A stretch of DNA of 63,907 nucleotides, the filler included, from Choristocarpus tenellus KU-1152 (Eukaryota > Protista > Phaeophyceae), in NCBI GenBank assembly GCA_964200185.2. It is 11 parts of 11 records of this genome, joined end to end, with 100 filler letters (N's around TTAATTAATTAA, not from the genome) between each part and the next. Parts side by side here need not be neighbours in the genome. Positions count along the whole stretch, not along the records: positions 35,011 to 39,622 come from CAXNAD020013798.1; positions 39,723 to 44,473 come from CAXNAD020013200.1; positions 44,574 to 49,405 come from CAXNAD020012885.1; 8 more parts are not named here. One strand, written 5' to 3'. Each line of letters begins with the position of its first letter. Within the stretch, counting starts at the first letter, position 1. Both the position numbers and the translations under genes were made by a program. The notes under the pieces are model-generated. The model searched no databases and was not told the origin of the DNA. It saw only the letters and a program-made list of their open reading frames with translations. Shown here piece after piece: positions 36,180-49,126 of the stretch.

Positions 36180-36650
36180 TTGTGTCTCGACAATTCATCG
36201 TACCACCATAGCTATGATGAAGAGGTGGAGTATCCTGAGACAAACTCCAAGGGACACAGCACAGACTGTTGGCGCATGTACAAGGTGGAAACGATCAAAG
36301 CTGAGTGGAGAGGGAGATATAATAACTTTGAAGTGTCAACTATGTTGACCTTTACTAAGGAAAATTCTCGTTGTGGGAATGGCCTGAGTAAGGAGGAGAG
36401 ATTGCCACTGTGACGAGGGCTTTTTATCCAGAGTCACCTCCCAGACAAGCTCCTTGACCGGGCAGAGGCATTCATGAGGAAGAAGAGCTTATGTATGATC
36501 TGGACATCGCCATATGCGCCCAAAGAGTAGAACGATTGCCTAAGTGAGAGATCAGATAGGGGTGGGGTGGTACGGTGACTCTAACTGGAATCGAAGGGAG
36601 GGTAAATGGAAACCAGCAGACTGTGGCAAGCTGATCGCCTATGCCCTGAG
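36180..36650 (+). pseudogene. IS630/Tc1-like (DDE_3-type) transposase remnant, second family
   Basis: LDNSSYHHSYDEEVEYPETNSK...GLSKEE / PDKLLDRAEAFMRKKSLCMIWTSPYAPK* / GWYGD..W...KWKPADCGKLIAYA, containing the catalytic-type LDNAxYH and WTPPY.P motifs. Confidence 0.78.
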
Positions 36651-37599
36651 GTAGACGACAAAACACATCAAGATATAGGACAAGATATATCGGAGGAAGA
36701 CATATCCAACGTGACGGATGTTCCACACAAGCAGAAAGATATGAACGATTTGGTGAGACTAATGGATGCTGCTGAGAGAGGAGTAGATGCGGAGATTTTG
36801 CAGAAGTATGAAGTGGAAATCTTTTTGGAAGGTGGCAAAAGTGACAACGTTAATGCCGACGAATCTAAGCCTTCAATTTAGAACTGAATATCAAAAGACG
36901 ACCCAGCAACAGTTGGAGTAATCAAAGTACACTCAGAGTAGTCCAAGCATTTTTATCTTAAAATGTCCTGCACTGCCAACCAAAACGATTAGAGCCACCA
37001 AAAATATACCCTATGAATCCTGGGAACGCCAGCATTCCAATAACATAGGTTTCGCATCACGAACAGGTGAAGCAATCGCGGAAAAATGAAGATAACAAAA
37101 TTCCCCCCAAAACAGATATATCCCCTTCTACAGGCAGTGCACCCTATTGCACACTGTATTGTGAGTCGAAGGTGTTGCTATAGCCTAATTGATGTGTTAG
37201 GACATCAGCGCCCATTCCTTACATATATCATTGCATGAATCGACCTGGACCAGATTTTACAGCAGTTTGAACGGCTCCTGTCGACTTGGTGAGATTGAAG
37301 AACTTCCTTTAATTTGACAAAAAAAAAGTTAGGACCTCAAGTCAACCACATTAGATCTCATTTGACCTCACAATTCCAACCACATCATGTTTACATTGTC
37401 TAACTCCAACTATTTCAAAAGATTCATCAAGTATCTTGAATACGACTTCCTTCCCGAACAGGAAAAAAAAATCCATGTCTTGAGACACTGAAAACCCACT
37501 AGTCCAACATAGATATATGTGGTAGTAAAATTGGAAATAGATTAACATTTTCACTTTGTGACAACTAGCGTGTTTGCGTAAAATGAATTACACTATTTA

Positions 37600-37775
37600 T
37601 ACTGACATACGTATAGTTTTCATTTGTTTCTCCCCAAGCACATCTGCAAAATGTCAAAATGTCAGAGGGCATAATAGTGTGATATTTTATTTCTTTAGGG
37701 CTTACGATTACATATGTATAGTTTTCATTTGTTTCCCCCTGACACATCTACAAAATGTCAGAGGACATAAGAATA
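37600..37775. repeat. Tandem about 105-bp repeat pair, related to 29590-29680
   Basis: gtatagttttcatttgtttc.ccc...cacatct.caaaatgtca occurs twice. Confidence 0.75.
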
Positions 37776-39028
37776 AAATTACCTACGGATGGACTCTTCA
37801 TTATTATTATAATATTATCGTAAATATCGTTATAATCCTTATGGACTCTTGATCCCACCTCTTGTTAGAACAATTAGAGATTCTTATTATTAGTTCTGGT
37901 CAGCATATCTGTGGATTCTTTGTCTCTTTATCAGATGGTGCTAGTTGAGGATGGTCTCTCTTCACGATCATCTCCAGTGATTCTTGTTTCTTTGAGGTTA
38001 TCATTAGTTACTCTCATTGGTTGGGTGGTGTTGTGAACTGTTCCAACTCGACGATTTGCATTTAACCTGGATCTGTCGTGTTACTTCTTGTTACAGATAT
38101 TAGGACTTATCTGGTACAACTTCTTCGTGCACGTACGTGAGGTTGGTTTTTCTTTTGCCCTAACACATCTCTCTTGTTAACCTTGATCTTGTTCTTGTTT
38201 ATCTCCACGTCGTTCCATTCCCACAACCCGATGGCTGTCGTCACCGCTACTTTCAGAGATCTGACGAACTCATATTTCCACACAGACAATATATATAGCT
38301 ATATCTATATTCACTTAATCTCTCACTCACTCTACCTGTCCTCATTCCACTAAGTAAGCAAACAATTTTTGTGACCCAGACAATGATGCACAAGGAGATT
38401 CTTGCTTATAGCCTGACTATCATTTGTACACCTCGCTCAGTTCGACAAAGCGGTGCAGTGTTCGACCATATTTGGCCCCTCTCTAGATGATAACTTTGAG
38501 GTATTTCATGGGTAACCCGTACAAGGTTACATGCACCTCCATAATTCCTCACCAAGAGGACAGTACAAGGCTGCCACATCTGCTCTCAGGCTATAGGGGT
38601 CAATTCGATACCGTGTTCCTTCTTCCACAGGTTGTCGTACTGCGGCAATGGCAATTGCAGTAAATGTTCCCTATTGAATTGAGTACACAAGCCTCAGATA
38701 TTCGACCCTGCTTTGTCTTCCGCATTTTCCCCAACCATACAGTACTCCTCAGATCTCTCAGTTCCTTGTCGCCATAGGTTCATTCTTTGTATATCACTTC
38801 CTCATAAATGACGTACGGCAGTAGCATTTCTTTAAGCAGCAGGCAGTCTTCATTAATGTCAAATCGTGGTCAGAGTGTACCACGTCCTTATCGACATAAA
38901 TTCATGGCTACATATATACCCACACGAGTCCCCTGCCTCCCCCGCCACTGTTTGTCAGGAATTCGGCAAATCCACAATACGGTCATAGAATGTCACCAGA
39001 TCATTCCCGATGCTGTAGTGCTGCATGT

Positions 39029-39207
39029 GACCCAAAGTATCTGGGGGGGGGAGGGGGAACTACACCAGGGCGTCCATTTGGGCCATAACCAGGAAAGGTC
39101 CACCTATATTTTCCTTCCGATGCATGTAACCAAATCACCCAAAATCGCAAGATTGAAAAATTGGCCCCAAATGGACAGACGCCACCCCCTCCCAGATAGT
39201 TTGAGCC
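39029..39207 (+). mobile_element. MITE family A, full copy, TSD TGT
   Basis: GACCCAAAGTATCT...AGATAGTTTGAGCC flanked by tgt/tgt. Confidence 0.93.
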
Positions 39208-41283
39208 TGTAACTTGTATTCCGGACTTCCGACATATTGTGGAGTGGATTCATTTCGGAGGGAATGCTGAACTGAATGAATCAGAATTTTTGAAGGATAG
39301 GATCGTAGGGTTTCCTTTGCCTGACCTTACATAAAACACGCCCTTCAAGCTATCTCATTTCCACACTCATCTTCAAAGCGAACTGGTTACCTTCGGAAAG
39401 CACCTTAATAAACAGTCCTTGGTGTTGTGACAGAGGCATTACGTATCAAAACAGTTGTGTGGATTCCCCGCTCCAATAGCTGCAAACATTCTTTCCTAGA
39501 CAACAGTCGGCAAGGTCTCGGCTTGGTCGTACATGTTCCCTTTCGTGTGCGTCCTGAACGGACTGTATGTTCGATTAGACTCTTGCAACTCTATAGGACA
39601 GTTACGGTAAAATATGTATGGANNNNNNNNNNNNNNNNNNNNNNNNNNNNNNNNNNNNNNNNNNNNTTAATTAATTAANNNNNNNNNNNNNNNNNNNNNN
39701 NNNNNNNNNNNNNNNNNNNNNNAAAGGACAGCCCCCACCCACCCCCCAGATACTTTGAGTCATAAGTTCCTTACCATGCTAAGTGAGCATTAGTAAACCG
39801 TATCGCTCTTGTATCAATCATTGATCTTTATTTATAAAAAAAAGGAGAGAGAGAGAGAGAGAGATAACGACGCCCACTTGGGTACCCAAGTACTGTAAAT
39901 GTTAACAATGTGCAGCTTTGATGCCTCGAACCTTTGCGCTACTTTCGAGATGAGTCAGGAGTCGCCATGTCTTTGTGTAGATCATGAAGGAGGGTATACG
40001 TATACAGCATGCCACAGTAGTAGTGTCTACCTCTCCCCCCCTACAAAAAAGGAGAGGGTAATGACAGTGTGGGTGTACAGGGTGCATGGAAACTTGAGGA
40101 ATGAGGTGATAGTTGAACAGTTTTGGTTGGACAGTTTTTTCATTCGGCCACAAAAATTTCAAGTGTATTGCTTTGCTCACTAATTCCACCCCGATAATTT
40201 CATCATTAATTTAATTTCACTTCCCAGGCAACTTGCAGGCCGCTGTAGCTTCGAGACTACTATGAAGAAGAGAACATGTATGCCATATGTCGCAGTCCTT
40301 CTGAAGAGAGTAAACCTTGAGGCTAGTCACTAACGGAACACTCAATGTGCGGGTGTATGCCATGCACGAACTTTCTTTTTAAGCAACTGATTGTGCTTGA
40401 CTAGTTGTAGTGGGATTGTGGGCTTAGGGCACAGGCATTTCAAGTACATCAGATGTATCTGAACCCACCAACCTGTGAGATCACCCCCAAGTGTTTCAAC
40501 GAAAATACTGTGCCAATGGCGATACGGCAAGTTAGTAATACAGGTAATTCTGGTTCTCTGAGAAGATACTTCATACGATTAGTAGGAGGTACAGTAGGAC
40601 AGTTCATAATTGGGAGCGGTAGAGGGCACGACTTGGGGACGTAAAAAGGGATGGGGGGGAGGGGGGAGGGGCAGGTGTGCAGGACATTGTAGCATGCTTG
40701 GAGACATAGTTGAGTCATAGCCATTTCGGATTGGGATAGAATTCAGAGATTACCAGCAAGTAGATGTTCTGAGGCTTGGGATCCGACAAGGATTAGAGCC
40801 AGAAAAAAAATGGGGGAAGTGTGGGGGATTTGGTACATGTAGGAACTTGAGGGTTCGGCTTGACCTCAGTAGTTGGGAGATAGAGCTGAAGGCAGGGGTG
40901 AGTGTATGTGGCTCTAGTCTGGGAATGAGGGCAACCAAGTTGGCATAGAAACATGCAAGATATTTGCGATTTGTAATATTTCCATAAACACTTTTTTAAT
41001 CTTTCAATTACCCACACACCACTCCCATTTCTTTCTCTTGGGTTAGAAGGAGAAGGGATCATGCAGAGGTGGGGAATCAGTCTAGAAATGGGAAATCAAA
41101 GGCGAGGAGCAAAGAAGGGACACCACGAACTAGAGATGATCGCGAGGAACCAGGCCACATTCGTATTTACGAGAATAGTAAGAAAACCCAGCCTAGAACC
41201 AGGGGAGATTGGATTGGACTAGAGCTATATCAGGCGAACAACAACGATGGTGACAATGTAGGCACTTCAACCAGTCGTACAGA

Positions 41284-41570
41284 GAGTGAAGGTATCTTAG
41301 AGGGTACGGTCACGTCCATTTGGGGACCAAAACCCAATGTTGCGGTTTTGATGTAATTTTGGCCATCGTGTTTGTGAGGAAGTGTCAATATCCTTGTTCC
41401 AGACACACCTTTTCATAGTTTTATATATGAAACCTACTCCAAAACGTACACATTTTACCAATAATTCTGAAACATTTCATAATTGGAAAATGTCTAACAA
41501 AACCGGTGGGAAGCCAAGCCCCAAACGGACAAAGAGGGCAAAAACCATACCCTCTAAGATACTTTTGCTC
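41284..41570 (-). mobile_element. MITE family B variant (287 bp), TSD AGA
   Basis: GAGTGAAGGTATCTTAGAGGGTA...TACCCTCTAAGATACTTTTGCTC, with a B interior carrying an internal expansion. Confidence 0.88.
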
Positions 41571-44172
41571 AGAGGGAGTAGTGGAGATGGAAGTTGGGAG
41601 CCTTTCACAATGTACGTAAGGGCTTACCAGTGGGAATGAGTGTGGCCGTGTCAAGGAGCCTAGCCAATAATAGTGAGGACTAGAGGGGGAAATGGGCCAA
41701 GAGGTAGCGCCAAGGAACTAGATACAACATCAACTCGATGGGGAGGTCAAGCTCGGACGGGATAGATGTTCTCTAGTTCAAAGGGATGGTATGGGAGTGG
41801 ATGAAGGTGGAGTGTTTTGGATCACTGCGGGGTGTTTTTGGATGAATGTGGAGTGCTGTGGAGGATTGTGGGGTGTCATGGATGTTGGACGTGGAGCGTT
41901 GAGCGAGGATTGGTGTGGGAGTGGATTCACGGGAATAACTACATTGGTTTGTGAGTGGGATACCGTACACGGAAACTGCTTGCATGGTTGGTGTGATAGG
42001 AAGGGTGGTGTTGTGTGCTCGTGTTAAGAGGTGCAGTACAGACTTGAACCCGCTAGGGTGTTTATTGTAGTACATTATTACACGTGGTGGAATACAATGA
42101 GATTTCGAATGATGCGGTGTGTTTCAGGAACGATTCAACTCTCTACATAAAATGTTTACTGTTTTTAGAGTTCGGAAGTGGAAGGATAAATACTCTGGGA
42201 GTGTTTCTAGACGATTGTAGTACATGGTTGTTCTAGACGTCTACAGGTGAACAAGAGGAACTCCCATATGTTCACTTCCAATTTCAACCTACCTCGAAAT
42301 CCCATTTGAAGGGATAGTCGTGGGTGTGGTTTAGCAACAAATTCTAAATGGATAAAAAATATAAAAAATTAATACGACAAAAATATCTTGAACTTCTAGG
42401 ACACGCCTGAGGCTCAACAGTGAAAAGAAGAAGCCGTATCAGCGAATAGCGGGCTATTCAAACACTGTGACGGCGGTGTGGTACGGAGTGGACGTAAGGC
42501 CAAGAGGGGACGATTAATTAATCCAGAATCCGTCATCAAACCAAATAAACGATTTTGGTAGAATACCTCCTTTTCATTGTGAAGGTGGAAATTGAAGGCC
42601 TATAAAATCCATTGTAGTCCCCTAATTCCACACTAAAAAGTCATATAAACCAGCAAAATAAAATGAGTTGTGACATTCTACAGCCCAATCTAAACCTCTA
42701 GACTAGAGGGATGAACTCGTAACAGTTTTGTATCTCAATTCAAAATTAGTCTGTTACAAGTAACTATTACTATCTGTCCCTTGAACTTCTCTCATATCGC
42801 TAATCAACAGAGGACAGGTTGAAACAAGACCCAAATGATGTGCCAATACTCGAACCCTCTATGTATCTATGGTAATATAAACATATGTTGCGCCTGAGCC
42901 AAGCTAAGCAAGAGGTACCCAGTTTTTGGCTCAGAATATATGCGTGTGTAGCACATGCGAACACACCATTGCCTGGCAGTCCTGAAACTTACACCCTACT
43001 ATTACACCAAGTAGCTGACTGCTTCATCTCCATTATTAGGCTCCATTGTTTGAGTGCTGGACACTGCTCTCCATTCACCCCCCCAGGTTGTGTTACTGTT
43101 CATTGGCACTACTGTTTAAGTGTTCACTGCGTGTAGCATTGTACTGCTTACTTGTGTCAGATAAATGCACTTTGAACAACACTGCACTAGGAAACATTTC
43201 TAGTTCTAACTCACCAAAATGTGCTTACAAGTTCAGGGATTAAAGTTGGTACTATAAAAGAGTTCAGATGCATGATGCACAGCTCTTTTGCCCTTACAAT
43301 GCCACTATCGTTAGCCCAGCCTTTACCCTAGCCTTTCAGAGACAAGATGGACAAAGTGACCCAAGCAGGACACCAAGTGACACATCAACAACCTCTGGCA
43401 GCCAAAGAGGTCTTTCAATATGTTGAGCAGTCAAACGGTTTTTTCTTGAGCTGTATTATTATTTGGGGAGGCAAATTGTGCCACCTTGCCTGCCACCTCT
43501 CCCCACCATAGAGAAAATCCTTGTGCAACCCCTGTGCTTTCCTGTCACACTGCCCTATCTCAACCAAAACCCTCATCCTGCCCTATCTCAATGTGCCTGC
43601 CCACCTCTCCTTTCCACGGCAAAATATCAATCGCACCCTCCTTGTCATTGAACCCTTTCTGACTTGACTTGTGCACCCCCACCCAGTCTTCCATCACCCC
43701 ACAGGCAAGAAAAACACTTACCACTGAGGCATTTCATCAGTAACCTCACACAAGGAAGCAGTGTAGTGCCCAAGGGTGCACACACATTAAATTGCACTTA
43801 GACTCAATCTCCTCTTCGTGCCCTCCCCCCCCCACCCCATATGGACCCATACCCACCTCCTTTCTGAGGCAACAATTGCCGACCAAAGGCAGGGAGATAT
43901 GTGTCTCACGCCCTAAAACCAAACTAGAAGGAACACAACAAAAATCTGAGTTCTGCGCAAAAGCCACAACTACTGTCCAGTACCAGCAGAGATGTTCATG
44001 TCCCAGTCCTATAACCACCAGAGCCACCAGAGCCACCAGAGCCTAATCCTTAAATGTCCGATAACCATCCCATGTAGGCACTGAGCCAGCTACTACTGTA
44101 GCAGAACAGTCCAAAACACAAAGCTACAGTCTCTCCCAAGCCCTTGTTGCCCATTACTCATCCACAGCAGAG

Positions 44173-44349
44173 TTAATCCACGTAGCTGATCTTTCTCGTC
44201 TTGATCGGCGCCCACCGGAACCGCTTGTAGTAGAGAGAGATTGCCACAGATACAGCCATCAGAGTGCACCACTTCATACCCATCAGCTTCCTTTCATCAT
44301 GTTCTGGCTCAGCACACCAAGCCAGGAAGGTTGAAACATCCCTGGCCAT
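44173..44349 (-). CDS. CYC1: Cytochrome c1 (complex III), last exon
   Basis: aacAG|[58 protein letters not shown], matching the conserved C-terminus [23 protein letters not shown] + TM + YKR..W...KSRK. Confidence 0.96.
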   Translation of the reverse strand: MARDVSTFLAWCAEPEHDERKLMGMKWCTLMAVSVAISLYYKRFRWAPIKTRKISYVD

Positions 44350-44724
44350 CTGTTGGATGAGACGTGCATGTATGTTTGTTGTGGGAGGGCAACACGGGTT
44401 GAATGAAGGGGGGGGGGGGGGGGGGGGGGGAAAGGAGGGGGTGGAAGCCTAAGGGGGGAGAGAGAAGGTGAAANNNNNNNNNNNNNNNNNNNNNNNNNNN
44501 NNNNNNNNNNNNNNNNNTTAATTAATTAANNNNNNNNNNNNNNNNNNNNNNNNNNNNNNNNNNNNNNNNNNNNACCTTTTAATAAATACATACTTTACGT
44601 ACTCCTAAACATTTTGAAGTAGGAAAATGTCATAAAAGAACCCATGGGAAGCCAAGCCCCAAATGGACAAACAGGCAAAGACCCGTACCCTCTAAGATAA
44701 TTTCACTCGGGTTGCATTAGATTT

Positions 44725-45000
44725 CTAAAATGGGAACCCACTGTTGTTAAGTTACATGCACGAGGAATAAGTGACTTCCAAACCTGTTAAAATATTGGGA
44801 GCTTGTAAATGGGAAGCGAAAGAAAGGTGGACGAGAGAGAAGAACTGGTGGATTTGCCAACATGACGACCTCGAAAAATTTGTGATCACAGTTGAGGATG
44901 GAGCACAATATCAATCAACCAACACAGGTGGTACAAGTGTAGGTCGGCGGCACAATGAGCTTCATGGATGAGCGGTATTCCAAGGGACATGTGATGGCTG
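44725..45000 (+). mobile_element. RTE LINE 3' remnant, same family as 12130-12520
   Basis: Nucleotide similarity to the 12.3-12.5 kb copy (aggtggac..gagaaga, gttgagg.atggagcacaa...caaccaa, ggca..a.ga.cttcatgg). Confidence 0.7.
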
Positions 45001-47485
45001 ACGGACATCATCCTAAGTCCGCAGGTAACAACATCGCCACCATCATTACACCCTGTGAATGTTGCTTTCTCAGTGGTTGTATTTTTCTTCTTGGGTTGAT
45101 GATTTTCTTACATCCCTCTTTTTCCCTTCCTATTGTTTCGTTCGTGTGACATTTGATGATAAGTGATATTTTGGGGGGCTAATGAACCTGGTATGACATA
45201 ACATTTGTGGGCGTAAGTGCATTACACCTACCTGGGTTCTCCATATTAACCTCGACAGGACAATTTGTTCTTTCTCCTCATTTTCCTTTCTTTTCTTTCT
45301 TCTTTCACTGCCTTTCTACGTTTTTCTTACATTGCAGTACATTCTATACCAGTACGTATTGCCTTCTTCTGACTACCTTTCGACTGCCAGTCCCAGAACC
45401 TTCAGACAAATGCGAACATTTGCTATTATTGCAATTATATTTCACACTATATACACATTGCACATTATCATAGGACTACTATAGATGTTGGCATGGATAG
45501 AACAAGCCATATCCGACGAGCGATTAATCGTCCGAATTTTCTCATTTTTGCTGGTCGACTTCATTTAGACACGAACAGGCAAATACTTCTAGCTCTTCCT
45601 CTCTCTCTTGTCCAACTATTCCAGAAAACATTATTAGACAGACGCCTTGGATACACTGGACACCCGTACGCCTGTGTAACCCTTCCTTAGAGTCAAAGTA
45701 AACGAGAGGTACCCAGAGTTCAGTTGAAGAATGCCGACAAATTTGTCCAAAATCCGACTTTTCTTACAAATAATGTGTAGGATATATTCTAAATTGTGAC
45801 AAAAAAAATTCGAACAATGGAGAAATGAACGCTCTCATTGAACTTGGAACTTCATCCATAGAAATATATGGGTGAATTGCAAAAGATTGAAAGACAGACT
45901 TAAAATGCGAAACGGACAAAAACCTGGGTACCGTAAAAAAGAGCCTGCGAAAAAATCCACCATAAGTCAGCAAAGACCCTTTTCGTAACGTACAAAAATA
46001 CGTGTTCAAGTCATTTCTGGAGATCCACATAACAACGCAATCCAATATACCACCTCTCGATTGCTATGAATCAGTCGTGATGCATCATCATATGCATGCA
46101 AAACAATAAGCCATGCGTCGGCCCCTCCACTGCTCAAAAACTACAAGCTGTATACACAGAAATTAAACCTTACTCACTCTCATCACCCTTAATATATACA
46201 TATTAACACAATGTAGGACATTCACACCGAATTCAGGAGCAAGCCTTCCTACAGCAACGTGATCTTCCTTCACCTCCATTCACCACAACTAATACAATAT
46301 TGCCAACTAAAGACTTGTCAAATATATCTGTCACAGCTACACATACCAAACACAGAATATACTCCAAATCTATACATAAAACAAAGGTGTAAGACAAAAA
46401 AGCAGGCATTACAGAAAAGTGAGTGCCATACACCAAACAATCCATTGAACACACCATAATAATTCCCCCTTCCAGTCAACACCTGATGGATGCACTCCTC
46501 CTAACTCGTTGCCAAAATGCCTTCCAGCTCTCTTTCCAAGGATAAAAAATACAGCAGATCTTGCAGTATCCCTCTCATATCATTAACTATTACTACTGCT
46601 AAAAGTGCCACTACTATGAATATCCGACCAGTTGAGATTTGAGATGCATCAACATTCCTTAGGGGTACCGTTTGAGCAACCTCCTGTAGGTCTATCACAC
46701 CCTCTTCTTCATCAGGATGGCTTTCCCAAAACAACAAAGGCAATGCCCTCCTCAAACAAGGTAATAGGAGGCGGAAATGTCTTGTGCCAACAGGGCATGT
46801 CAACCTCAAAAAAAGAACAAGTGCATCTAAAAAAAAAAAAAACACACACACACAAGTCCTTTGGCAAAAACCATTCAGCCCTATCCAAAGATGTAACACT
46901 TTCAGCATGCCCACAGGACTAAAACTACCACTAAAAAGATAAGTAAAACTCACATATAAACAAGCCACCTAGCAAGGGCTATCTGAACCAGTTCTTAAAC
47001 GGCATCGACGTAGTACAACAAATCAGGAATCCTACAAGGGCTCCACTCTTCATCACACGACTTACTTGCCCATCTCCCTTTGCCCCCCATTTCCCATCAA
47101 CCCTATAGAAGGGACAGGCTCAACACCATTCCTTAACCCTAAATACCCCGTTCTACACACCCCTGTACAAAATGTCAACATCAAAGAGTCACACACACAG
47201 GCACACAGGCACACATACAGACACACAGATACACACGCACAGACAAGGTAAGGTATTCGTATCTGAACGCGGTCACAACGGCCACCCAGAACCTCAACCA
47301 AGTCTGCCCTGCCTTGGAGTTCAGTCCAACGCTGCTCAACTATCCTTGCAACAACAAACAACACCACACTGCTGTCAAGGACAATTAGCAGTTGCAGTTA
47401 CAACAGACAGGTGATAGACAAAGGCCATCCCATCCAAGATGCGCATCTTCAATGCCTTGTACAGGGGCACATTCGTGCCCGTGCA

Positions 47486-48686
47486 CTACATACCCTTGTA
47501 GTCCTGGCGACGGCAACACCGCCTCTTAGGTCTATTAGACCCTGGCGAAACCGCTTCCGCTTCCGCTTCCGCTTCCGCTTCCGCTGCTGCTCGAACTGCC
47601 CTTCTCTTTCGAGATTCAACTGGCAGGTCTACATCACTCTTGACCCCATCCTCTACAGCAGAGTCCCCTGCCGCGGTAGAACTAGGCACTCCGCCTCCAT
47701 ATTCTTTTTTCGCACACTGTAATTGGTTGTTGTGGAGGGGGAGAGGGGAGGAGGGGAGGGGGGAAAGGGGGGGGATTTTTTCGGCAGTGCACTTGGTGCA
47801 TTATTAGCGGAGACATGCAGCATAAAAGGGTTAGGGTTAGCTAGTAGGACTGTCCAACAGCAAGGAGGAGGAGGAAGGCTGCCGCACAGGTATAAGAAGA
47901 TTAAAAATAAAATAAATAAGCAGATACTCCGAGAGCAAAATTCTGGTGCCTCATTTTCATCCACTCCACATGAGAGTATGGAAAAGACCACACAACCCAC
48001 CGCCTCCTTACTACATGAAAAAACAAAATAAAACACTGTGAACACAACAAAAAATAAACACGACTACACAAACGAACTCAGCATTGGGGAGCACAACTAC
48101 AATAAACTTCTGCCAAAACACTCACTCACACACACACACTCATACAGACACACACACACACGCGCGCGCGCGCACACACACACACAAAATCAAAGCAAAA
48201 AAAAAATCCAATAATAAAGTCCTGATTTTTCACACCTCTACACCAACAAAAAACAACCATCTCCCCACTTCCACAAGAAAAAAAAATAGGGTGGGCAAGG
48301 GGAAGGTCAAATAAGCACACACCACAGAAAGTACTCAGCATGTACATGCCATGCCATAAACCAATCTCATGTGTCCCTCACTCACTCAAGACCATGCCAC
48401 TCCCCTTTTCTTGCATCCAGTGTTGACACCTCTCAGGAACACAATAAGGAGATACTGATACCACACAATTCGAGCCCGCAGAGGTCCATTCTTGTTTTCA
48501 ATGCCAATCAATCTACATAGAGCAACAACAAGCCCAGGAAGGCGGGACACTCACCTGTTTCTTGACCTCTGCATCAAGAGTGGGCTTCAAGTTCACCCCT
48601 AGGCCATGCACGAGGCGAGCCTCGCCAACAAGCCTTAGTAGGCACCCTACCACATCCACTGTGGAGGACCCATTGCTAAAAAGAAC
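47486..48686 (-). CDS. 3' end of a hypothetical protein, exons 48555-48686 and 47486-47716 (stop)
   Basis: cccAG|VLFSNGSSTVDVVGCLLRLVGEARLVHGLGVNLKPTLDAEVKKQ|GTGAG, then ttacAG|CAKKEYGGG...RKRRAVRAAAEAEAEAEA...RPKRRCCRRQDYKGM*. Both junctions are phase 0 and the tail is basic, NLS-like. Confidence 0.6.
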
Positions 48687-48985
48687 CTGGGGGTTACAAG
48701 GGAGTGATACCCAGTGTTGTGAATTGAAACCATCTTTTTAATCGGAGAGACATTTAAATCACCTGGAAAAATTCATTGTACTTACTTGGATCACAATAAA
48801 AATGTACATGCAATCACACAAGCAGAGGGACCAGAATAGCTGAGCTGGGGAGGGCAATGCATGCACCCGGTGCTCATTTGAGAAAATAAAAAAAAAGTTA
48901 AAAATTACCCCTCAATTGTTGGTTTTGATTGATTGCAGATGAATCCAATCAAATTGAATCAAATCGTACCGATTTAATTGAACCT

Positions 48986-49126
48986 ATGATTCACATAGTG
49001 CTTCTCTGTTGATGAACACCACGCAATGAGTTGAATAAATGATTCACATAGTGTCGGTCTGTTGATGGACACCAAGCATTAAATTGAATATATGATTCAC
49101 ATAGTGCTGGTCTGTTGATGAACACT
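48986..49126. repeat. Minisatellite, about 2.7 x 53 bp
   Basis: atgattcacatagtg...tctgttgatg.acac at 48986, 49039 and 49092. Confidence 0.9.

Noticed and set aside
40300-42100. Possible decayed LINE
   Set aside because: No RT or endonuclease motif could be read, so it is left unannotated.
48986-49126. 53-bp periodic repeat as a CRISPR array
   Set aside because: Whole units are similar with no unique spacers. It is intronic eukaryotic DNA with no cas genes.
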